Below the pieces are notes generated by a model, which saw only the letters and a program-made list of their open reading frames with translations, ran no database searches and was not told the DNA's origin. A DNA stretch of 64,000 nucleotides, from positions 69,288-133,287 of the forward strand of contig JBEKYR010000013.1 of the NCBI GenBank assembly GCA_049510745.1, in the 5' to 3' direction. The position numbers were made by a program, and so were the translations under genes. The DNA comes from Verrucomicrobiota bacterium. GTDB lineage: Bacteria; Verrucomicrobiota; Verrucomicrobiia; Limisphaerales; Palsa-1400. Positions within the stretch are counted from its first letter, which is position 1. Each line of letters begins with the position of its first letter. Positions 1 through 10,570 of this stretch are shown here, in pieces.

Positions 1-64
1 GAAAAATCGTGCGGCATTTATGCATCCTCCTGCATCACCATTTCTTCACAGAACCCCGTATGAG

Positions 65-173
65 TTTTCGTGCATTCGGAAATTCGTGTGCCATCTCCAG
101 CACGATGTCCGGCAAGCAAGTCCTTGGGAATGATTAGCTTGCGCGCCGGTTTAGGTGTTGGCACGCGATCTGT
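65..173 (+). promoter_or_regulatory. Sigma-54-type promoter (159-173) with class A upstream site (65-86)
   Basis: TGGCAC-GCGAT-CTGT; upstream TTTTCG-TGCATT-CGGA-AA-TTCG ends 72 bp before it. Confidence 0.6.
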
Positions 174-208
174 TTATGGAACCTCGATTACGGGATGAGG
201 GAACGAAT

Positions 209-943
209 ATGATCAAATTTCAAGCTACTACTGCCAACGGGCGGCCGGGCTTCGCCAGGGACCGCAGGTTTGGCCTGCGGGTATCCGCCGTCGGGTTCCT
301 TGCGGCCTTGGTACTTATGCTGGTTGCTACGCCGTTCGTTCGGGGCTTGAAGCAAGGCCAGCTCTACGAAGCGGTGCTGTTTACGGTGGTGATGTGCATG
401 GGCTTAATCGCCAGTGGTTCCTGCCCCAGGCTGGCTTTAGCGCTGGTGAGCTTCGCGCTCGCCGCTATATCGCTAAACCAACTCTGGCCCCGAGCCTGCC
501 CAGCACTGACGTTTATTTTGCCGGCAATGGCAATTCTCGCTGTGGTAACAGCGTCCCTGTTGCGGTTTGTTCTTCGAGCCAAACAGGTCGATGCGGAGGT
601 GCTTTGTGCCGGCATTTCTGTTTATCTGATCTTGGGATTGCTCTGGGGTCTGGCCTACACGTTGGTGGCGCAAGTGAACCCCAACGCGTTCTCCTTCAGC
701 ACTCCCTCAGGAACGGCGGCCACGATGAGCGGGTTCACTGCCATCTATTTCAGTTTCATAACCCTGGCGACGCTGGGGTACGGCGACATCACCCCCGCTG
801 CGGACATCGCGCGGATGCTGGCTATGCTCGAGGCGATGACCGGCACGCTCTTCGTCGGTGTCATGATCGCCCGCCTGGTTTCTCTCTACGCCGCCTCGGG
901 GCAGAGGCAGACGCCGGCCCACGACGAAGGCCAGAGCAACTAA
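209..943 (+). CDS. Potassium/ion channel family membrane protein
   Basis: Several TM segments; pore helix and filter YFSFITLATLGYGDITP. Start put at ATG 209, downstream of the promoter and after GAGGG. Confidence 0.85.
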   Translation: MIKFQATTANGRPGFARDRRFGLRVSAVGFLAALVLMLVATPFVRGLKQGQLYEAVLFTVVMCMGLIASGSCPRLALALVSFALAAISLNQLWPRACPALTFILPAMAILAVVTASLLRFVLRAKQVDAEVLCAGISVYLILGLLWGLAYTLVAQVNPNAFSFSTPSGTAATMSGFTAIYFSFITLATLGYGDITPAADIARMLAMLEAMTGTLFVGVMIARLVSLYAASGQRQTPAHDEGQSN

Positions 944-2049
944 AACTCAAGGAACTCAATCCTTGGGCGATCCGGGCTCCGAATCCCAACTTGTGGTTCA
1001 CCGAATCGCTTTGCACAGATTTCGAGGAGAACGCTCGTCACCGTAAGGATCACTGGCCCAAGGACGAGTCCACTCCAGCCAAAGAGGAGGAGGCCGCCCA
1101 AGAGGGCGACGAAGATACTTACTGAGGGAACCCTCAGCCGGTCATGCACCATCACCGGATAGAGGAAATTCTCGATCGCGCGAACAAGCAGACTTCCCAC
1201 AGCAGCCACGCCGAGAGCTTCCCCCCACCTGCCCTCCAGTCCGAGATACACCGCTGCCGGGAGCCAAAGGACAAAGGCATCTGCCACGGGCACGAATGCG
1301 AATACCGCCGCCACTAAAGCCCAGAACCATGGAGAAGGAACCCCCAGCCACCAGTACATCAGCCCACCGAGCAAACCCTGGAGCGCGGAGAGCGCGAGCA
1401 TGCCGTAGAGGGTCGCATGAATCGTGTCATTGACCCGGCTAAAGAGAGTGTTGGTCTCGCTTTCGCTCAAGGGCAAGAACGAACGGATGGTCTTGAGCAC
1501 ACGAAATCGATCGCGCAGAAAATAGAATAAAAAATACAACGTCAGGCAGACCTGAAGGGCCGCGATGGCTGATTCCTTTACCAACCTGGAGAGGACGGTC
1601 TTCAACCAGGTCGTGGCCATCGAGGCGTTCTCCGGCCGTTCAGCCAAAGCTAGAAAGTGAGCTAATTGCGGATGTTGGTCGCCAGACATGTGCCATTTGC
1701 CGGCGGCGATTTGTTTTTGAATGCTTTCCGGGACCGAGGTGGCTTGTTCCGCGAGCTTTTGGGCAAACCATGTCGCAGGGGCCACGACGAGCAATCCAAT
1801 GATGACCAGAGAAAACGCCGCCGCCAGGTTCGGCCTTTTCACCCTTGCCTCGATCCAGCGATGCAACGGAGCGAAGACCGACGCCAGCGCACCAGCCCAG
1901 ACCAGGGATGGAATGCAAGGCTGGGCCAAGCGGTAGCATAAGTAGATGCCAACCGCCACGAGCAGTGCTAACGCAATCGCCCGAATGCGAGCGCGGGACC
2001 ACCCTCCATTCTCGCCATTGGAGGTTTCGTTTGAACTGAGCTGTTTCAC
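940..2049 (-). CDS. AI-2E family (PerM-like) transporter
   Basis: 369 aa, hydrophobic, motifs FAPLHRW, LFYFLRD, GLLLFGWSGLVLGP. Confidence 0.85.
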   Translation of the reverse strand: MKQLSSNETSNGENGGWSRARIRAIALALLVAVGIYLCYRLAQPCIPSLVWAGALASVFAPLHRWIEARVKRPNLAAAFSLVIIGLLVVAPATWFAQKLAEQATSVPESIQKQIAAGKWHMSGDQHPQLAHFLALAERPENASMATTWLKTVLSRLVKESAIAALQVCLTLYFLFYFLRDRFRVLKTIRSFLPLSESETNTLFSRVNDTIHATLYGMLALSALQGLLGGLMYWWLGVPSPWFWALVAAVFAFVPVADAFVLWLPAAVYLGLEGRWGEALGVAAVGSLLVRAIENFLYPVMVHDRLRVPSVSIFVALLGGLLLFGWSGLVLGPVILTVTSVLLEICAKRFGEPQVGIRSPDRPRIEFLEF

Positions 2050-2122
2050 GTTGAGACGGACCCCGTGTGACCTTCGGAAGTCTCATTCTTACGATCAGTG
2101 CAGGTCGTCATTGAAGACCTAT

Positions 2123-2241
2123 ACATCTTCCGTGCCAAGTGTGGAGAATTCGCCGTTTCCCTTGCAGGTGGGACAGTTATGCAGATTTCCTCCTTCGGAA
2201 TGTCCCCACAGAACTCCCGCGAGTTTTCGAGTGTTCAAAAA
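2123..2241 (-). promoter_or_regulatory. Sigma-54-type promoter (2137-2123) with class A upstream site (2241-2220)
   Basis: Minus strand TGGCAC-GGAAG-ATGT; upstream TTTTTG-AACACT-CGAA-AA-CTCG, gap 82 bp. Confidence 0.5.
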
Positions 2242-2250
2242 ATCGCAGAG

Positions 2251-3846
2251 TCAGGATGGTGCGCGTTCGGGCCTCTTCAGGCCCCACTTGGTCATTCTTG
2301 AAAGCAAAGTAGTAGGCTTGACGCCCAGAAGCTCTGCTGCGCTATCTCGTCCGCTGATCTTCCAGTTGGCCGCTTCCAATGCCAGCACGAGGTTGTCACG
2401 TTCGAAGCGTTCAAGCTCGACTTCGGTGAGGAATTTGGGTTGCGCCACGCTGCCCGCCGGCGAATCGGTCCGAGGATTCGGTCGAGCCGTGGGCACCGCT
2501 TGGCCGGTGATAGGCAGGTCAAACTCCAAAGCCCCGCCGCGGGCCAGAATCACGGAGCGCTCAACCACGTTGCGCAATTCCCGCACATTGCCCGGCCAAT
2601 CGTAACTCTGCAGCTTTGTGACTGCGGCCCTCGTCAGCCGGGGCTTGGCGCACTTCAATTCCTTGGCCGAGAGCTCGACAAAATGTTTGGCCAACAGTGG
2701 GATGTCATCCATTCGCTCCCGCAGCGGCGGAACCTGAATCGGAAACACGTTCAGCCGGTAATAGAGATCTTCCCGGAATCGGCCTGCGGCGGCGGCTTTC
2801 TTCAAATCCCGGTTGGTCGCGGCGACAATGCGCACATCGGCGCGGCGTGTCCGGTCGTCGCCGACCCGTTCATACCGCTTTTCCTGGAGTACGCGCAGCA
2901 GCTTATTTTGGATATCCAACGGAATTTCCCCCACCTCATCCAGGAAAATGGTGCCGCCCTCAGCCGTCTCGAAGCGTCCGGCGCGATCCTTAACCGCTCC
3001 CGTAAAAGAGCCTCGCACATGGCCAAAAAACTCGCTTTCGAACAGCTCCCGGGGAATGGAGGCGCAATTGACTCGGACCAGGGGTTTATCTTTGCGCCCG
3101 CTACGGCGGTGGATTTCGTGGGCGACCAATTCTTTGCCCGTGCCGGTCTCGCCGAGAATGAGCACTGAAGCTTCCGTGGGAGCCACCATGTCAATTTGGC
3201 TGACCAGGTGTCGCAGACCAGAACTCTGGCCGACCAAATCGCCGAAGGCCTTGGCTTCCACCACCTCTTCCTGCAAATAGGTATTGTGCAATTCGAGCTG
3301 GGACTTGAGCACCTCGATTTCCTCGAATGCCCGGCGAGCCTTTTCTTCGCTCTCCCGCAGGGCTTGGTTGGAGGCCTGGAGTTCAGCGGTGCGTTCCTGC
3401 ACTCGGAGTTCCAGCGTGTTGTGCGCGTTGCGCAGAGCTTCTTCCGCCTGGCGCAGCCGCAAATGCGTTCTGACCCGCGCCAGCACTTCCTCGGCCTCAA
3501 AGGGCTTGGTGATGTAATCAATGCCCCCGGCCTCAAACCCTGTGACTTTCTGGCGCGTATCGCCAAAGGCGCTAATAAAAATAACCGGGATGCGGCTGCT
3601 CTTTTCGTCTGCCTTCAAGCGACGGCACACCTCATAGCCATCCATGCCGGGCATGCTGACGTCGAGCAGGATCAAGTCTGGAGTCCTGGCGGCTACGGAT
3701 TCCAGCGCCAGGGCGCCGTCCTCTGCCGGTCGGACGTGATAGCCGTGCCGGGTCAGCAGTTCGGTCAGCAGACGCAGGCTGGCGGGGGTGTCATCCACCA
3801 CCAGAATCTCTTCCCGCCCTGAAGTCGGTTTCTTGTCTTCGCTCAT
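2251..3846 (-). CDS. Sigma-54-dependent response regulator (REC + AAA+ + Fis-type HTH)
   Basis: ILVVDD...LLDVSMP receiver; [39 protein letters not shown]-terminal AAELLGVKPTTLLSRM. Confidence 0.95.
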   Translation of the reverse strand: MSEDKKPTSGREEILVVDDTPASLRLLTELLTRHGYHVRPAEDGALALESVAARTPDLILLDVSMPGMDGYEVCRRLKADEKSSRIPVIFISAFGDTRQKVTGFEAGGIDYITKPFEAEEVLARVRTHLRLRQAEEALRNAHNTLELRVQERTAELQASNQALRESEEKARRAFEEIEVLKSQLELHNTYLQEEVVEAKAFGDLVGQSSGLRHLVSQIDMVAPTEASVLILGETGTGKELVAHEIHRRSGRKDKPLVRVNCASIPRELFESEFFGHVRGSFTGAVKDRAGRFETAEGGTIFLDEVGEIPLDIQNKLLRVLQEKRYERVGDDRTRRADVRIVAATNRDLKKAAAAGRFREDLYYRLNVFPIQVPPLRERMDDIPLLAKHFVELSAKELKCAKPRLTRAAVTKLQSYDWPGNVRELRNVVERSVILARGGALEFDLPITGQAVPTARPNPRTDSPAGSVAQPKFLTEVELERFERDNLVLALEAANWKISGRDSAAELLGVKPTTLLSRMTKWGLKRPERAPS

Positions 3847-6800
3847 AAGGTCTGTCCCTTTTTCAGCAATTTCAAAAGACGTTTGTAGCCAAGCTGTGTG
3901 GCCAGCGTGTTCAAGGCCCGGCCCAGTGAAGCATCCCGCTCGGTAACCTGCTCGATGATGGCATGCGTGCGAGCCGTGTCCAGTTCGATGACGGCCTGAC
4001 GCAAATCCCGCAGCAGTTCCGCAGGGAGCGCGTCCAATTGCTCCGGACGCAGGGTAAGCTCCGGCGCCTTCGGCGTGCTCTCCTGAGGCGGTGCCTTTTC
4101 ATAGATAAACTTCAGGCGCAGGTGCCGGGCCAAGGCTCCGAAGAGCTCCTGTTCCCGAATCGGTTTGCGCACGAGGTCGTCGCAACCGGCTGCCATAATG
4201 GGTTCTCTCTCTTCCTCCAAGGCGTGAGCCGTGAGGGCGATGATTTTGGTGTTGGCGCCGGCCTTGGTCGCCCGAATCCGCCGGGCGGCTTCCAACCCGT
4301 CCATCACCGGCATGCGGATATCCATCCAAATCAGGTCTGGATGCCATTGCTCGAACAGTGCCACTGCCTCCTGTCCGTTGGCGGCCTCACGTAACTCAAA
4401 ACCAAGCGGCTCCAAGAGCCTTCGCAGCAGGAGACGGTTCTCCGGCTGGTCTTCGGCAATCAGGAGCCGGTAACGGGGCTGCCCTTCGGCCAATCCCAAA
4501 ATGCGCGGGTTCTTCAGCTCATCGCGCTCCGCCACCGACGGAAGGACGCGCACTGGAATCTCGAAATAAAACACCGATCCCTTGCCTGGCTTGCTGGTCA
4601 CTCCAATCTGGCCTCCCATGATCTCAACGTATTGCTTGCAGATGGCCAACCCCAATCCAGTCCCGGCTTGCGCGGGAGCCTGGTCGCCCAATTGCACAAA
4701 GGGAAAGAAGATGCGCTTGCAATCCTCCTGGCTCATGCCGGGCCCGGAGTCCTCAACCTCAAATCGCACTTTGGCTTTTTCGGACCCGTGGATGCTGGCG
4801 AGCCTGGCGCGGAGCTTCACCCCGCCTGAATCCGTGTACTTGATCGCGTTGCCAAGCAGGTTCAGCAACACTTGGCGCAGTTTGCCTGCGTCCACAGCAA
4901 CAAACCGGGGCAGATCCGGGTCACGCTCCAAGGCGAAACGGAGGCCCTTTTCCACGGCCCCGACTCCCATTAGCGACTGCATTTCGTGCAGCAACTGGTT
5001 CAAGTCAACTTCGGACTCCTTCAGGGCCACCCGACCGGACTCGATCTTCGCCATGTCGAGGACATTGTTAATTAAGTTCAGCAGGTGCTCGCCGCTGCGG
5101 ACGATGATATCCAGCGCCTCCCTCTGGTGCGGCGTCACGTCCGGACCGCTCTTGAGCAGTCGGGAAAAACCGAGCACGGCGTTGAGGGGGGTGCGCAACT
5201 CATGGCTCATGTTGGCCAGGAACGTACTCTTCGCGCGATTGGCCTCTTCGGCCCGGGCCTTGGCTTCCGCTAATTGTTCCGTCCGCTGCTTCACCAGATC
5301 TTCGAGGTGCTCTCGATGCTTGCGCAGCTCGTCCTCGGCGCGCTTGCGTTCGGTCACATCAATCGCCGTGCCGACGTATTCAACGAGTTCGCCGGTGTCG
5401 TCGAGGACTGGATGGCCTAAGATATGGATGTCTCTTACCGTTCCGTCCGGCAGCACGGTCCTGTAATCTGCCATAAGGTCAGCCTTCTCGCGGAGTGATT
5501 TCTCCCAGTCCTTGGTGGCCCGGTCGTAATCTTGCGGATGGATTCGCTGCAGGAATCTTTCCAGAGCAGGCGGGTCCTCCTTGGGCTCGAATCCAAAAAT
5601 CCGGTACATTTCCTTAGACCAGTAGTTCCGTTCAGCCGTGGCAGGGCTCCAAGCCCAACCGCCCATGTGGGCCAGCCGCTGCCCTTCCGCCAGATAAGCC
5701 TCGCTTCTCCGCAGTGCCTCCTCGGCGCGCTTGCGTTCGGTGATGTCGCGCGCCACATGGACGACCTGTGTAAGTTCACCGCTCGGGTCAAACAGGGGGT
5801 CAACGGAAACCGAAAACCAAGGACCTCCCTTTCGAGCCAGGACCTCCACTTCTTCATGCCTCCGAGATTGGCGCATTTTGGCGAGAGGGCACTCCGCAGG
5901 AGGCGTGGACGTCCCATGGATCAGATCGTAGCAGTGTCCCCCGACGATTTTATCAAACGGCAGCCCCAGGAACTGCGCCGCTGCATGGTTGGCTCGCAAG
6001 ATACGGAAATCCTTGTCGAGCAGCAAAACCAAATCCTGCACCGCGTCAAAGGTAGCCTGCCACTGCGCGGCGGTATTGCGCACCTCTTCCTCCGCCCGCT
6101 TGCGCTCGGTGATATCACGCACGAGGGCCAAGTGGTAAGCCCGGCCTCCATATTCGAAATAATCCGCGCTGATCGCGACCGGGAATATACGGCCATCTCG
6201 GGTCCGGTGGCGGCTCTCGAAAGTGCGCGACCGCAGCGCCTTGAGGTTGCGCCAATGGTCGGACCATCGCTCCAGCGGGAACTCAGAGTCAATATCCGCT
6301 ATGCCCAGGCCGAGCAGTTCCGCACGGGTATAACCGAGCAGGCGGCAGGCCTCCTCGTTGACGTACTGAAAACGCGCCGTGTCATCTATTAGAAAGGCGG
6401 CCTCCTGTCCTTTGTCCAAGGCGAAACTCAGCAGGGCGACTTCCTGCTCTGCCCGTTGGCGCGCGGCCCGAGAACGCAAGGCGACGATGCCGAACGCCAG
6501 GTCGGCAGCCAGTTCCTCCAGCAGCCGAGTCTCTTCCGACGTAAAAGCGCCGGGCTGTGCGGAGTAAATGTTAAGACCGCCGAAGACGTTGGCATGTTCG
6601 TCCTTGAGCGGCAGGCCGATAGCGGAACGAAAACCGTGCTGCAAAGCGCCTTCCCGCCAGGGCGCGCCTCGAGTATCGGTTGCGTAATCCTCAAGGCAGG
6701 AAGTTCTCCCGGTCCGGATGGCCGTTCCGCTAGGGCCGCGTCCCCACTCGGTGTCGGCCCAAGTAATGCCGAGGTTTGCGAGAGTCTCCTTCTCGGCTCC

Positions 6801-8030
6801 GATCCACGCGACAGGCCGCACGCTTTTGGCCTCGTCGTGTTCGGCATAGCCCACCCACGCCACGCGGTAACCCGCCTCCTGGCAGACGATCCGGCAGATT
6901 TCCTGGAGCAAACTCTGCTCATCGGTGGCGCGCAGTAGTGTCTGGTTGCAGTTACTGATCGCCCGCAGTTCGCGATTCAAACGACGCAACGCCTCCTCCG
7001 CCCGCTTGCGCTCAGTGATGTCCGTCAGCATGGCGAAGGAGCCTGTGAAACGATGCCCGGCATCAAACATCGACGTGGCCGAAACATACATCCATACGGT
7101 GCTGCCATCCTTGCGGCGGTATCTCTGCTCATAGCGCTCGGTTAGCCCCTGGCGACGGGCTGATATCCTCGCTGACATCTCGGCATAGTCGTCCGCGAAC
7201 AAGAACTCATGGAGCTTTCGGCCCACCATCTCCTGCGGTTGGTACCCAAGCATTTCCGCCATCCGCCGGTTCACCAACGTGGTGACGAATTGTTCATCGA
7301 GTTCCCAGATGCCTTCGGACGCCGTATCTACGAGCCGGCGGTACCGCTGCTCGCTTTGCCTAAGTTCCTCCTCCGCTTCTTTGCGCTCAGCGAGTTCCCG
7401 CGCAAGTCTTTGGTTGGCGTCCTCAAGGCGTTTGCCTGTCGCGCAGATTTCGTCAAAGGCGCGCGCGTTGGCAATAGCGGCCCCCATGTGGTCGGCGAAT
7501 ATCGCTGCCCAAGGCCGGCTAACTTCCGGCACAGACTCGCGGGTAAAGCCCACAATGGCTCCCAAAACCTCTCCTTTGAACCGGATAGGGCTGATCGCGA
7601 AGCAGCGGACACCCTCTTCGCGCAACCAATCAAAACCGGCGATGGAAATCGGCTGCTGGTCTGACTTCGTTACCAGTCCTTGCTGACCGCTGGCCACCGC
7701 CTCTCCAAGCGGGCAGAAATTCAGCGGCACGCGAGCATTGAGATCCTCGTACTCCCGCAACCCCTTTCCCTGAGGCAGAATCGATCTGCCTTTTCCCGCG
7801 ACCAAATGAAGGCAGCGGGACTGGTCAGCACATTCAGACCGATATTTGCAGGTCATGCACAGGTCCCCTTTTTCGATCAGCCAGACCTGAGTAAATACAT
7901 ATTCCGTGCGCTCTGAGCCGTGTTCGACGATTTTCTTCAGGATCGGCTCCAGCGAGTGCTCCTGGGCAATCTCCAGGAGCAATTGCGCCGCCCGATGCGG
8001 ATCAAATCGTGTGTCGCTGGTCGGTTCCAT
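3843..8030 (-). CDS. Hybrid sensor histidine kinase (GAF, PAS, GAF, 3xPAS, HisKA, HATPase, REC)
   Basis: FLANMSHELRTPLN, NLLGNAIKYT, GTGLGLAI, C-terminal receiver, repeated DITERKRAE PAC ends. Start at ATG 8030 (MEPTSD); stop overlaps the regulator start (ATGA). Confidence 0.93.
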   Translation of the reverse strand: MEPTSDTRFDPHRAAQLLLEIAQEHSLEPILKKIVEHGSERTEYVFTQVWLIEKGDLCMTCKYRSECADQSRCLHLVAGKGRSILPQGKGLREYEDLNARVPLNFCPLGEAVASGQQGLVTKSDQQPISIAGFDWLREEGVRCFAISPIRFKGEVLGAIVGFTRESVPEVSRPWAAIFADHMGAAIANARAFDEICATGKRLEDANQRLARELAERKEAEEELRQSEQRYRRLVDTASEGIWELDEQFVTTLVNRRMAEMLGYQPQEMVGRKLHEFLFADDYAEMSARISARRQGLTERYEQRYRRKDGSTVWMYVSATSMFDAGHRFTGSFAMLTDITERKRAEEALRRLNRELRAISNCNQTLLRATDEQSLLQEICRIVCQEAGYRVAWVGYAEHDEAKSVRPVAWIGAEKETLANLGITWADTEWGRGPSGTAIRTGRTSCLEDYATDTRGAPWREGALQHGFRSAIGLPLKDEHANVFGGLNIYSAQPGAFTSEETRLLEELAADLAFGIVALRSRAARQRAEQEVALLSFALDKGQEAAFLIDDTARFQYVNEEACRLLGYTRAELLGLGIADIDSEFPLERWSDHWRNLKALRSRTFESRHRTRDGRIFPVAISADYFEYGGRAYHLALVRDITERKRAEEEVRNTAAQWQATFDAVQDLVLLLDKDFRILRANHAAAQFLGLPFDKIVGGHCYDLIHGTSTPPAECPLAKMRQSRRHEEVEVLARKGGPWFSVSVDPLFDPSGELTQVVHVARDITERKRAEEALRRSEAYLAEGQRLAHMGGWAWSPATAERNYWSKEMYRIFGFEPKEDPPALERFLQRIHPQDYDRATKDWEKSLREKADLMADYRTVLPDGTVRDIHILGHPVLDDTGELVEYVGTAIDVTERKRAEDELRKHREHLEDLVKQRTEQLAEAKARAEEANRAKSTFLANMSHELRTPLNAVLGFSRLLKSGPDVTPHQREALDIIVRSGEHLLNLINNVLDMAKIESGRVALKESEVDLNQLLHEMQSLMGVGAVEKGLRFALERDPDLPRFVAVDAGKLRQVLLNLLGNAIKYTDSGGVKLRARLASIHGSEKAKVRFEVEDSGPGMSQEDCKRIFFPFVQLGDQAPAQAGTGLGLAICKQYVEIMGGQIGVTSKPGKGSVFYFEIPVRVLPSVAERDELKNPRILGLAEGQPRYRLLIAEDQPENRLLLRRLLEPLGFELREAANGQEAVALFEQWHPDLIWMDIRMPVMDGLEAARRIRATKAGANTKIIALTAHALEEEREPIMAAGCDDLVRKPIREQELFGALARHLRLKFIYEKAPPQESTPKAPELTLRPEQLDALPAELLRDLRQAVIELDTARTHAIIEQVTERDASLGRALNTLATQLGYKRLLKLLKKGQTL

Positions 8031-8045
8031 AACTATTAATAACTT

Positions 8046-8355
8046 ATTGCACGGGAGCTTTTCGAAAGCGAGTTTTTTGGGCATGTGCGAGGGTCTTTCA
8101 CCGGAGCCGTGAAGGACCCGGCCGGACGCTTTGAAACGGCGGAGGGCGGGACCATCTTCCTGGATGAGGTGGGGGAGATTCCCTTGGATGTCCAAAACAA
8201 GCTGCTGGGCATTCTCCAGGAAAGAAGTTACGAACGGGTCGGTGACGACCGGACGCGCCGCGCCGACGTGCGCATTGTGGCGGCGACCAACCGGGATCTG
8301 AAGAAAGCGGTGGCCGCGGGCCGATTCCGGGAAGATCTTTATTACCGGCTAAACG
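8046..8355 (+). pseudogene. Internal fragment of a sigma-54 activator AAA+ domain, inverted relative to 2748-3057
   Basis: Reads [21 protein letters not shown]...EDLYYRLN; lacks Walker A, N-terminus and HTH; about 87% nt identity by hand alignment. Confidence 0.9.
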
Positions 8356-8418
8356 CGGCGATTTGCGTAACCAGCGGCGGCACCCGTTTCCCGGATAATT
8401 CCGATTGTGAAAGCCCCT

Positions 8419-10515
8419 TCACCGATTGGGCGAGCCCGGTGCATCCGTGTCCGCCGCGGCGATCAGCACCACCAGCGAACGAGGTCCGGCGCGATACGCT
8501 CGCCCCGCAACCACAGGTGCGGCCGGCCAATCCTGGATATCGTCGGGGGATTCGAGTGACGTATCAATCCATCGGCGCCATGGATGGCCGGCGGCGTGCA
8601 TTTCTGCCGGCAACTCGAATTCGAGCGGTTCCCAGTAAGCGTTGAAGATGAGATGGAAAGACAGGTTTTCTTCGGGCAACGCCGCACTGAACGCCAGGCT
8701 GTGCGATTGCTCGCTCCAGTCAGGTTGGTGAAGCTTGACGCCATGCCAGGCCTTGCTGGCGGCTCGCAGGAGCTGGTTCAAACTCCGCCTTTGGCGCTCA
8801 GTGTCCATTTTGCGCAAAGCGCGGCGCGCAACCAAAAGTTCGACGAACCGATGGAGACCCGCGTGCTGCCGCACCAGGTTCCAGTCAAACCAACTGGTCT
8901 CATTATCCTGGCAGTAGGCGTTATTGTTTCCGCGCTGGCTGCGCCGCGCTTCGTCGCCCATCAAGAGCATGGGCACGCCCAGCGACAGGAGGGTCACGGC
9001 CAGAAGGTTCTTAATCTGACGGTCCCGCAGCTTTTCGATGGCGGGGTCGTCGGTGGGGCCTTCCACACCGCAATTCCAACTGCGGTTATCATCGGCGCCG
9101 TCGCGATTGTTCTCGCCGTTGGGCTCGTTGTGCTTCTGGTTATAGGACACCAGGTCATTCAGGGTGAAGCCGTCGTGGCAGGTGACGAAGTTGACGCTTT
9201 GCTCGGCTTCCCGCTCTTTGTGCCCGTAGATCTCGGGACTGCCGATGAACCGGTCGGCCAACCGCTCGACGGAGCCATCTGCCCCCAAGAAGAAACTGCG
9301 CACATCGTCGCGGAAACGGCCGTTCCATTCCTTCCAACTGTCGCCAATGAAATTGCCGACTTGGTACAGGCCGGCGGCATCCCAAGCCTCCGCGATCAGT
9401 TTGGTTCCCCCCAAAACCGGCTCGGACTCGATGTCCCACAATACGGGAGGGTTGGGTAAGACTTGGCCTGAAGGGTCGCGGGCGAGGATGGAGGCGAGAT
9501 CGAAGCGAAATCCATCCACGTGCATCGTTTCCACCCAATAGCGGAGGCTGTCCACGATGAGCCGCCGAACGATGGGGTGGTTGGCGTTGAGCGTGTTGCC
9601 CGTGCCGCTGAAATTGGCGTAACGGGCCGGGTCGGGTTCGAGGAGGTAATAAATGGAATTATCCAGTCCGCGCAGGCTTAGGGTGGGCCCCGTGTGGTCC
9701 CCCTCGGCGGTGTGGTTGAAAACCACGTCGAGAATGACTTCAAGGCCTTCACGGTGCAACGCCTTGACCATGTCCCTAAACTCGTCCACCGGGCCGAGCC
9801 TGTCCCGCCGCGAGCTGTAAGCCTGATGAGGCGCGAAGAAGGAAACGGGCGCGTAGCCCCAATAGTTGACCTTGCCCGGCGGACAGTCCTGGGGATCGAA
9901 CTGAAAGACCGGCAGCAGCTCAACCGCCGTCACCCCGAGTTGTTTCAAATAGGGAATCTTCTCGATCAGACCGGCATACGTTCCACGCAGGTTTTCTTTG
10001 AGGCCGGAGCTCGGATGCCGGGTGAACCCGCGGACGTGCATCTCGTAAATGATGGTCCTGGAAGAGGGTCGTTTTAGCGGAGTGTCGCCTTCCCAATCGT
10101 AGGCGGAGGGATCCACCACGACGCTTTTCATTGCAGTGGCGCAGTTGTCTCCCGGATGGCAAGCGGCCTCGCGGGAATAGCTCCGAGGGACCACAACGCC
10201 GCGTCCATACGGGTCGAGCAGGACCTTTGTGGCATCAAAGCGCGTGCCGCTTGCGGGATCGAACTGTCCGCGCGCCCGGTAGCCGTAAAGCTGGCCCGGC
10301 TGTATTTCCGGAACGAAGGCGTGCCAATAGTGATAGCTTCGGCTAACCACTGGATCCAGCGGGATCACGCGGGATGGTTGCGGATCGTCCTCCCGTTCAA
10401 AGAGCAACAACTCTATCGCCGCGGCGTTGCGTGAGAACACACTGAAATTAACGCCGCCAGCGACGATTGTGGCGCCCAGCGGCGAACTTCGTCCAGGGGT
10501 CACATTGGGGCGCAT
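8419..10515 (-). CDS. glgX: Glycogen debranching enzyme (GH13 isoamylase)
   Basis: [41 protein letters not shown]. Start at ATG 10515. Confidence 0.95.
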   Translation of the reverse strand: MRPNVTPGRSSPLGATIVAGGVNFSVFSRNAAAIELLLFEREDDPQPSRVIPLDPVVSRSYHYWHAFVPEIQPGQLYGYRARGQFDPASGTRFDATKVLLDPYGRGVVVPRSYSREAACHPGDNCATAMKSVVVDPSAYDWEGDTPLKRPSSRTIIYEMHVRGFTRHPSSGLKENLRGTYAGLIEKIPYLKQLGVTAVELLPVFQFDPQDCPPGKVNYWGYAPVSFFAPHQAYSSRRDRLGPVDEFRDMVKALHREGLEVILDVVFNHTAEGDHTGPTLSLRGLDNSIYYLLEPDPARYANFSGTGNTLNANHPIVRRLIVDSLRYWVETMHVDGFRFDLASILARDPSGQVLPNPPVLWDIESEPVLGGTKLIAEAWDAAGLYQVGNFIGDSWKEWNGRFRDDVRSFFLGADGSVERLADRFIGSPEIYGHKEREAEQSVNFVTCHDGFTLNDLVSYNQKHNEPNGENNRDGADDNRSWNCGVEGPTDDPAIEKLRDRQIKNLLAVTLLSLGVPMLLMGDEARRSQRGNNNAYCQDNETSWFDWNLVRQHAGLHRFVELLVARRALRKMDTERQRRSLNQLLRAASKAWHGVKLHQPDWSEQSHSLAFSAALPEENLSFHLIFNAYWEPLEFELPAEMHAAGHPWRRWIDTSLESPDDIQDWPAAPVVAGRAYRAGPRSLVVLIAAADTDAPGSPNR

Positions 10516-10570
10516 CGAAGTGTGGGAGAAATATGATTTGTTTGCCCGGAGCGCCAACGGCTCCGCCGGG

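Noticed and set aside
5330..7030. Recurring CGCTTGCG(T/C)TC(G/A)GT words in the kinase gene
   Set aside because: They encode the TERKR ends of repeated PAS/PAC domains.
8031..8195. N-terminal extension of the kinase ORF to 8195
   Set aside because: It is the antisense reading of the activator fragment; ATG 8030 is the plausible start.
8085..8645. 186-aa ORF as a functional sigma-54 activator
   Set aside because: No Walker A or HTH; the tail is antisense to glgX.
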